Assembly (NCBI GenBank): GCA_963511725.1
Contig: CAUPKA010000006.1
Location: 7,265-71,264, forward strand
Source of the DNA: an uncultured Flavobacterium sp.
GTDB lineage: Bacteria > Bacteroidota > Bacteroidia > Flavobacteriales > Flavobacteriaceae
Length of the DNA stretch: 64,000 bases
Direction: 5' to 3'
Position numbers and translations under genes: made by a program
Shown: positions 57,451 through 64,000 of the stretch, piece by piece
How positions within the stretch are numbered: position 1 is the stretch's first letter
How the letters are laid out: every line of letters starts with the position of its first letter
Notes under the pieces: model-generated
Database searches by the model: none
What the model was told of the DNA's origin: nothing
Seen by the model: only the letters and a program-made list of their open reading frames with translations

Positions 57451-58890
57451 ATGGTATTAAGTAGATTCTGGTTAGTCATTTTTATTTCATCGATTGTCTT
57501 TATTGTTGTCAGTTTGTTTACTGCCAATACCTATACCATTGATTATGTCTTGAATGGAAAAAAAGACGACCCAGTTTTGATTTCTGAAAAATATATTGAA
57601 CAAGTTCCTGCTTTTATCAAAGACAGCATCAAGAAAGCAACGGATCAAACGATGATTATCAATCGTGACACGCTAAATGCGGACACGACTTATGTTTATA
57701 AAAATAAAACCGTAAAAATTTTCAGCGGTGTTCAAAAATCGGACGGTTTATTGCCAACGTGCAAAAACACGTTGCTCGATTTGATTTTGCCACTTATGGC
57801 ATATTTGGCTTTTTTCTGTGGATTGATGGAGCTTTTAATCATTTCTGGAGCCTCTGGGAAATTGGCTAAATTGTTGAGCCCAGTATTTGTAAAAGTGTTC
57901 CCAAGCATCCCAAAAGATCATCCGTCGATCTCCTACATGACTTTAAACTTTGCTGCTAATTTCTTGGGATTGGATTCTGCAGCCACACCATTTGGACTAA
58001 AAGCCATGGAAAGCTTACAAGAAATAAATCCCGATAAAGACAAGGCGAGTGATGCCCAGATTATGTTTATGTGCTTGCATGCTTCGGGACTAACATTAAT
58101 TGCAACTTCTATTATTGGTTATCGAGCTGCCGCTAATGCAACAAACCCTGCCGATGTAATGCTGCCTTGCATTATTACTTCTTTTATTGGTACAATTGCC
58201 GCTTTTTTAATTGTTGGAATTAGACAAAAAATTAATTTTAAGAGTGCATCTTTGGTTGTGGTTTTAATTGGATTAATAGCTGCCATAGTTGGTTTGTTAA
58301 TGTATGTTAACCATTTGGACTTAATCGGAAAAAACTATTTTACATCAAATCTTTCGGCTTTAATATTGGTCGGAATTATTGCTTTCACATTGATATTCTC
58401 CTTCATTAAAGAGAAAAAATTTACCGAGGCTAAAACCACAGTTTTCGAAGCTTTTGTATCAGGGGCCAATAATGGAGTTAAAACAGGAGTTACTATTTTT
58501 CCTTATGTTTTAGGGATGTTAGTGGCGATTTCTTTATTCAGAAACAGTGGGTTGTTTGAAATTATCAGTGAAAAAATTGCTTTTGTTTTTTCGAATATGG
58601 GCGTCAATAAACAAATTACGGATGCTTTACCTGTTGCACTGCTTAGACCGTTTAGTTCTGCAGGATCAAGAGGATTTTTGATTGATTCGATGAATACTTT
58701 TGGTGCCGATTCAATGACGGGAAGGTTAAGCAGTATTTTTCAATGCAGCGCCGAAAGCACTTTTTATGTGATTGCCGTTTACTTTGGTTCGGTAAATATC
58801 AAAAATACCCGATACGCTTTAGGAACAATGCTTTTGGTTGATGTGATCTGTGTGATTACGGCCATTTTTGTGGCAAGCTGGTTTTTCTAG
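57451..58890 (+). CDS. SpmA/SpmB-like nucleoside recognition (gate) membrane protein
   Basis: N..AN.LGL.SAATP.GLKAM, LRPFSSAGS, ESTFYV.AVYFG. Confidence 0.85.
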   Translation: MVLSRFWLVIFISSIVFIVVSLFTANTYTIDYVLNGKKDDPVLISEKYIEQVPAFIKDSIKKATDQTMIINRDTLNADTTYVYKNKTVKIFSGVQKSDGLLPTCKNTLLDLILPLMAYLAFFCGLMELLIISGASGKLAKLLSPVFVKVFPSIPKDHPSISYMTLNFAANFLGLDSAATPFGLKAMESLQEINPDKDKASDAQIMFMCLHASGLTLIATSIIGYRAAANATNPADVMLPCIITSFIGTIAAFLIVGIRQKINFKSASLVVVLIGLIAAIVGLLMYVNHLDLIGKNYFTSNLSALILVGIIAFTLIFSFIKEKKFTEAKTTVFEAFVSGANNGVKTGVTIFPYVLGMLVAISLFRNSGLFEIISEKIAFVFSNMGVNKQITDALPVALLRPFSSAGSRGFLIDSMNTFGADSMTGRLSSIFQCSAESTFYVIAVYFGSVNIKNTRYALGTMLLVDVICVITAIFVASWFF

Positions 58891-59248
58891 ATTGAATTAA
58901 TCTTTTTGTTGGTTGGTCATATTGTCTGTGGATTTATTAGGAGGAGGGTAAAAATCAATAGGAGAAATTGCTCAAGAAGAAATTGCAAAACATTATAACT
59001 ATAATTTTAGGAATTTTAATTTATTTTTTATTCTTTTGAATTCAACTCATTAAATAAATTAAAAAATGTCAAAATACACAAAATACATCGCCATAGGTTT
59101 ACTTATTCTATTCTTAATCACTAGTTTTCTAAGTTAAATCTTTGATCAAATGCAAAATGCCATTATAGATTGATCGAAAGAAGATCTGTAGTGATTTTTG
59201 AAATTAAACTAATGTCGAATAATTAAATTTCCTTAATTATTAAAAGTC

Positions 59249-59285
59249 AAAAAGCTACAAGTTGTATAAAACTTGTAGCTTTTTT
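59249..59285. terminator. Rho-independent terminator
   Basis: aaaaagctacaagtt / aacttgtagcttttt. Confidence 0.75.
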
Positions 59286-59359
59286 AATTTCATAGACTTA
59301 AAATGTTTTTGTTTTTTGAAACAGCTACATTTCATTTCCTAATGATGATGGTTTAAGCT

Positions 59360-59665
59360 GAGGCTGGGTGAGGGCAATGTCATTAAGTTAAGGATTAAAT
59401 AACAAAATGATTACTGATTTTTGATTAACGATTTTTGATTTCAGATGTAATAGACCTCGTAAAATCGACAATCTAATATTTAGCAACACCAAATCTGAAA
59501 TCAAAAATCGTTAATCCTCAATCTAAAATCTCTTAACTTAATGACATTGTGGGTGAGGGATGGAAGCAAGCTACCGAAGTAGCGCGTACAGCCCGACAGC
59601 TACTAGAGAAAGCGGCCCTGACGACAAAGCAGCTAGCCGTTTTCTCTAGTAGGTGGCACCTCCAA
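59360..59665 (-). ncRNA. Flavo-1-like element (e), interrupted by MITE B and overlapping the sulP 3' end
   Basis: Reverse complement reads ttggaggtgccac...gctgtcgggctgtacgcgctacttcggtagcttgcttccatccctcacc, homologous to 16775-16893. Confidence 0.5.
59375..59549. mobile_element. MITE family B, intact copy
   Basis: Perfect 18-bp TIR caatgtcattaagttaag / cttaacttaatgacattg; perfect 10-bp TSD tgggtgaggg (59365-59374 and 59550-59559). Confidence 0.9.
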
Positions 59666-61333
59666 ATTAGAATTGATGGCACTTACAACTAAATCATCAA
59701 CAGAAACGCTTCGGCTGATGTGACCTAAAAGAGCCTCCAAATTTTCGGAGCGTAACGCGTCACGAACTTCGGATCTGGCTTCGGCAATTTTTAACGAAAT
59801 ATTTCTAGATTTCAAATCAATAAACAGCTGTTTCAAAAAGCGAGCGCCAGTAATATCAATACGTGGAGAGGAATTGAGGTCTAATATTACCGCTTTGACC
59901 GAATTGGACTCACTATTAATTTTCTCCCATATTTGCTCTTTGATATATTCAGTATTAAAATAAAATATCGAAGATTCTATTCTAACAATCAATATTCCTT
60001 TAATGTTTTCGTTATCGGAATGACGTTGTATATCTGTATAGCGTTTGGTTCCGGGTATTCTGCCCAAAAATGCGACATGTGGAGCAGAAGTTGCTTTTAT
60101 TAGCAATAACAAAGTGATTATAGCGGCTAATAAAACGCCTGTTAGGATTCCCCAAATGAGTACTCCAACCAATGCAATCATTGCGATATAGAATTCTTGT
60201 TTGTTTATTCGGTAGAGGTGTTTGATTTCTTCTAGGTCAAAAAGCCCTCGAATAGCCACCAATACAATGGATGCCAAAATTACAGTAGGCAAGTTTTGAA
60301 GAAATCCCGTTAAAAACAATAAACAAAAAGCAATTGCAATTGATGCAAACGCTAAGGATATTGTTGTTTTTGCTCCTGCAGTATCATTTACGGCAGACTG
60401 AGATAATCCTCCAGCTACGGGATAGCCTTGCCCAAAAGCTACAGCGGCATTGGCTACTCCAAGAGCTAATAATTCTTGATGAGGGTCAATGGTATATCCG
60501 TTTTTTTGTGCTAATGTTCTTGCTGCTGAAACACTCTCGATATAAGACAATAAAAAACAAGCCAAGGCGAGAGGAAGTACTCCATCTACATCTTTAATAC
60601 GCAATGCTGGCATGTGAAATTGAGGAAGTCCTGTTGGGATTTCGCCTACGGTTGAAAAACCTTGATGAGCTAAGGATGTTGTTGAAATTAGTAGAATGGA
60701 CAAGGTCACAATTAGTATTGCGATTGGTTTTCCAGGCAGCATTTTTTCGCCAACGATTAGAATGACAATCGCAGCAATACCAAAAAGCAAAACAGCCGTA
60801 TTTGTATCGGGAAGTTGCTGAAAAAGGATAATAATACGGTCTAGAAAGTTAGCACCGCCTCCTTTTACGCCAAAAATTTTGGGCAATTGTGTTAGGCCAA
60901 TGGTTATGGCGGCACCCGCTTTGAAGCCAACCAAAACGGTTTCACTGATAAAATTAATAATGCCGCTCAATCGCAAGATGTAAGCAAGTATAGCTAAGAC
61001 TGAAAACACTAAAGCTGTGAGGGAGGCAATATCGACCCAGCGCTGTACATCACCGTTAGCCATAGTGGCAATTGTGGTCCCAATCAATAATGAAATTGCC
61101 GATGTGGGGCCAATGGCCAATTGTTTGCTGGTTCCCAATAAAGCATAAAAAATACCGCCAATGAGGTAGCCATAAATTCCATATTGAGGCGGTAATCCTG
61201 CAAGAGTTGCATAAGCCATCGATACAGGAATTCCATAAGCAGCCAATGTTATTCCGGCTATAAAGTCTTTTTTTAAGTCTTTTTTTTTGTATTCTTTAAT
61301 CCAGATTGCAATTGGGAATAGTCTAGAAATCAT
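59633..61333 (-). CDS. SulP family anion transporter with STAS domain
   Basis: DFIAG.T....IP.SMAYA.LAGLPP.YG, QEL.A.G.AN, STAS (DLNSS..ID.TG). Confidence 0.93.
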   Translation of the reverse strand: MISRLFPIAIWIKEYKKKDLKKDFIAGITLAAYGIPVSMAYATLAGLPPQYGIYGYLIGGIFYALLGTSKQLAIGPTSAISLLIGTTIATMANGDVQRWVDIASLTALVFSVLAILAYILRLSGIINFISETVLVGFKAGAAITIGLTQLPKIFGVKGGGANFLDRIIILFQQLPDTNTAVLLFGIAAIVILIVGEKMLPGKPIAILIVTLSILLISTTSLAHQGFSTVGEIPTGLPQFHMPALRIKDVDGVLPLALACFLLSYIESVSAARTLAQKNGYTIDPHQELLALGVANAAVAFGQGYPVAGGLSQSAVNDTAGAKTTISLAFASIAIAFCLLFLTGFLQNLPTVILASIVLVAIRGLFDLEEIKHLYRINKQEFYIAMIALVGVLIWGILTGVLLAAIITLLLLIKATSAPHVAFLGRIPGTKRYTDIQRHSDNENIKGILIVRIESSIFYFNTEYIKEQIWEKINSESNSVKAVILDLNSSPRIDITGARFLKQLFIDLKSRNISLKIAEARSEVRDALRSENLEALLGHISRSVSVDDLVVSAINSNLEVPPTRENG

Positions 61334-61370
61334 AATTTAAATTAGATAAAAAGGTTGTGGCTATTAGTGA

Positions 61371-62342
61371 CTAGTCTTCCTCATCTAGTAATGCTTGTTT
61401 GACAGCTTGCAATTCTGCTATTTTTGCCTGATTTACTCGTGGGTATTCTAGATCCAGTTCTTCCAATGCTGTGATTATTGCCGATGCAATAGCGATACGG
61501 GCATAGGATTTATTATCGGCGGGGATAACGTACCATGGTGATTTTTTGGTTGAGGTGTTTTTTATTAATTCCTCATAAGCGTGCATATAATCGTTCCAGT
61601 AGCCTCGCTCTTTAGCATCTGCGGAACTAAATTTCCAGTTTTTGTCCGGGTCGTCTACACGTTCGATAAAACGTTCTTTTTGCTCTTTTTTAGAAACGTT
61701 AAGGAAAAATTTGAGAACAATAGTCCCATTTCTGTTTAAGTATTTTTCAAAGTTGCGAATGTCTTGAAAACGCTCTTCCCAAATGTCTTTAGTAATTAGT
61801 TTCTCAGGGATTTTTTGGCCTTTTAAAATTGTTTCGTGAACACGTACAACCAATAGTTCTTCATAATAAGAGCGGTTAAAAATGCCGATACGTCCCCGTT
61901 CGGGCAAATGTTTTTGGCAACGCCATAAAAAATCATGATCTAAATCCTCAGAGCTAGGGGCTTTAAAAGAAAAAACTTGACAACCTTGTGGATTAACGCC
62001 CGACATAACATGCTTAATTGCTCCGTCTTTGCCAGCAGCATCCATCGCTTGAAAAATGAGCAATACCGACCATTTGTCTTGTGCATATAGTACATCTTGC
62101 AAAGTTGCCAGAGCTTGAACACCTATTTCTAAAGTTTGCTTTACTAACGGTTTTCCTTCGTTACCTAAATTAAAACTGGCTTCGGTTTCATAATCTTTTA
62201 GCTTAAATCCATCGCCATCTCCAACACAATATTGTTTTGAAAATTTTTTAGCTCTCTGGACTAATTCTTTTTTGCTTAAAGAGCTTAGATCTATTAGTTT
62301 TTCTTCAAAGTCATTCATTTCTTTTTTATTTGATTTTGACAT
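61371..62342 (-). CDS. ppk2: Polyphosphate kinase 2 family protein
   Basis: FQAMDAAGKDG, FNRSYYE, WKFS..D..ER. Confidence 0.93.
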   Translation of the reverse strand: MSKSNKKEMNDFEEKLIDLSSLSKKELVQRAKKFSKQYCVGDGDGFKLKDYETEASFNLGNEGKPLVKQTLEIGVQALATLQDVLYAQDKWSVLLIFQAMDAAGKDGAIKHVMSGVNPQGCQVFSFKAPSSEDLDHDFLWRCQKHLPERGRIGIFNRSYYEELLVVRVHETILKGQKIPEKLITKDIWEERFQDIRNFEKYLNRNGTIVLKFFLNVSKKEQKERFIERVDDPDKNWKFSSADAKERGYWNDYMHAYEELIKNTSTKKSPWYVIPADNKSYARIAIASAIITALEELDLEYPRVNQAKIAELQAVKQALLDEED

Positions 62343-62698
62343 AATTCCGAAATTTAATATTAATGAAAGGTAGCTTTTATTTTAAAAAGCAGTATTTTTT
62401 TTACGGTATTGATAACTTAATGGAGTAATAATGAACTAATTTAGTAAAAAATAAATTGCAGGAATTATATTTGATAAAAAAACAATATGTGGTTCTGTTG
62501 ATGATTTTAAACCGAGTGAAGAGCGTTTTAGAGTTAAACTGATTTTGTTGAAAAACTTTTTACAATGAACTTACTGCATAAAGAGATAAGTTTTGGATCA
62601 ATCACGATGGAAGTTTTTTAAAAATTCATTAAATTCAGTTATTAGTGTGATTAAGTAAGAAACATGAGTTGCGTGTAAGCGAGTGCTGAGGAGGAAAT

Positions 62699-63061
62699 TT
62701 AATATTCGAAAATAGTGATTTCTGATCCTTCTAAATCTTTCGTAATATACAATTGGCAAGAAAGCCGAATGGTTTCTTCTTCATATCCCATTTTTTGTAA
62801 AGTAACAGGTTCATTACGCTCCTTTATTGCCGAGTTTCCTTTTATTCCAATGGCTTTTACCACGCAAGTAGCACATCGGCCTACACCGCCACATTCTCCA
62901 AAGGAGTCCAAACTTAGTTCTTCTTTTAATAAAAACATTAAATTAGGATAACTGGCATACTTTACTTTGATTGGATATCGTTGTTCATTGTCAATAACAT
63001 CAAACTCAATATAAGGAAGTTCTGTATTCAAAATAGTAGTTTTGGAGTTGTATATAAACAA
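62699..63061 (-). CDS. 2Fe-2S ferredoxin (start codon uncertain)
   Basis: C-x5-C-x2-C ... RLSC motif; only a TTG start, which overlaps the upstream terminator. Confidence 0.7.
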   Translation of the reverse strand: MFIYNSKTTILNTELPYIEFDVIDNEQRYPIKVKYASYPNLMFLLKEELSLDSFGECGGVGRCATCVVKAIGIKGNSAIKERNEPVTLQKMGYEEETIRLSCQLYITKDLEGSEITIFEY

Positions 63062-63088
63062 AAACGTACTGCAAATGCAGTACGTTTT
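63061..63088. terminator. Terminator downstream of the brxA/B gene
   Basis: aaaacgtactgc / gcagtacgtttt perfect hairpin. Confidence 0.8.
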
Positions 63089-63106
63089 ATTTGATTTTAG
63101 ATTGAA

Positions 63107-63517
63107 TTAACAGAACTCGTCAAAAGCATCTTTTAAGTTTTCTGCTATAGTTTCAGCTGGACGCCCTTCAATGTGGTGACGCTCTAGCATGTGAACCAAT
63201 TCACCATTTTTGAACAAGGCAATGCTTGGAGATGATGGAGGAAAAGGGAACATATGCTCTCTTGCTGCAGTTACTGCTTCTTTATCAACTCCTGCAAAAA
63301 CTGTGATTAAGTGATCTGGTTTTTTTGCGCCTTCTAAACTCATAGCCGCTCCTGGACGCGCATTTCTTGCCGCACACCCACAAACAGAATTTACAACCAC
63401 TAATGTTGTGCCTTCCGATTTTATTGCACTATTAACTGCTTCAGCACTATGTAAATCTTGAAAACCTACTGCTGTCAATTCAGCCTGCATTGGTTTTACC
63501 ATTTCTTCTGGATACAT
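63107..63517 (-). CDS. BrxA/BrxB family bacilliredoxin
   Basis: NSVCGCAA, TVFAG.D.EA, PSSPS.ALFK, H.IEG. Confidence 0.92.
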   Translation of the reverse strand: MYPEEMVKPMQAELTAVGFQDLHSAEAVNSAIKSEGTTLVVVNSVCGCAARNARPGAAMSLEGAKKPDHLITVFAGVDKEAVTAAREHMFPFPPSSPSIALFKNGELVHMLERHHIEGRPAETIAENLKDAFDEFC

Positions 63518-63647
63518 ATTTTTTATTTTAAGTTTAACTTTTAGAATTGCAAAGTTACAAAGTTTAATTGCAAGAAGTTAATTTGAATTGTAAAGTTTTG
63601 TTATAGTTTGATTACTGTTGATGAATTTATTTTAACAGCTAACTAAC

Positions 63648-64000
63648 TTATTTTGCCTTTTCTAGAATAGCGAGTAACTGCTTGCTGTTTAGAAAGGAAT
63701 GCTTTTGGAATACTATTGAAAAATCAGATTGCAAAATTGTAATAGTTGGATAAACTACTTGAGAATTAATGGTTGCTAATGCCGTGGCCAGTTCATGAAT
63801 TCCAGTGTTTTGCCCATTTGGTTTAAATGAGAACTTATGATTGTTAAAGTTAATATCCTCTTTGCTTTCGGCATCCAATGAAATAAAGTAATAGTTGTTA
63901 TTTAAAATATTAATGATTTCAAGGTTTTTGAAAGTGGAATTTTCCATCATCTTGCAGTAATTACACCAGGAAGTGTGGATAAAAACCACCAATGGTTTTG
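63648..64000 (-). CDS. Thioredoxin-family protein (starts beyond the window end)
   Basis: KPLVVFIHTSWCNYCK (CxxC). Confidence 0.85.
   Translation of the reverse strand, partial: KPLVVFIHTSWCNYCKMMENSTFKNLEIINILNNNYYFISLDAESKEDINFNNHKFSFKPNGQNTGIHELATALATINSQVVYPTITILQSDFSIVFQKHSFLNSKQLLAILEKAK

Noticed and set aside
62460-62640. Possible gene remnant on the plus strand (FDKKTICGSVDDFKPSEERF...)
   Set aside because: Short, broken frames that I cannot assign to any family without a search
1-64000. tRNA, rRNA, riboswitch, retron or group II intron
   Set aside because: No cloverleaf, rRNA signature, recognisable aptamer or reverse transcriptase motif seen

Overview
AT-rich chromosomal window that reads as Flavobacterium-like Bacteroidota (gldH, a PorP/SprF T9SS gene, TAnnTTTG promoters, A-rich leaders without Shine-Dalgarno sites). 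Most of it is housekeeping: pgk, mltD-like LysM transglycosylase, FKBP, trhO/U32/ferredoxin, ricT-gldH-PBP1A, scoAB, class I fumarase, S41 protease, rnpA, plsC/acyl-ACP desaturase, a near-complete heme cluster (hemJ, H, A, C, D, E, F, B), DNA-repair genes, SulP and PPK2. One accessory island (27.2-35.8 kb) holds co-oriented secreted-protein genes, some decayed. I saw no rRNA, tRNA, CRISPR array or prophage. The most striking signal is a dense, nested set of small palindromic or mobile DNA. (1) A GxxExxY PD-(D/E)XK nuclease gene sits inside the hem operon, bounded by 19-bp terminal inverted repeats; solo hairpins of the same design occur elsewhere. (2) An IS200-like TnpA is followed by a head-to-head REP array. 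(3) Two MITE families are present; one has an 18-bp TIR and a 10-bp TSD and inserts into other repeats, the other truncates a RAYT gene. (4) Five Flavo-1-like structured elements show compensatory changes. Also notable: the adjacent TrhO and U32 proteins share a C-terminal domain that is 55/85 aa identical by manual alignment. All product calls come from motif recognition by eye; no database searches were run.
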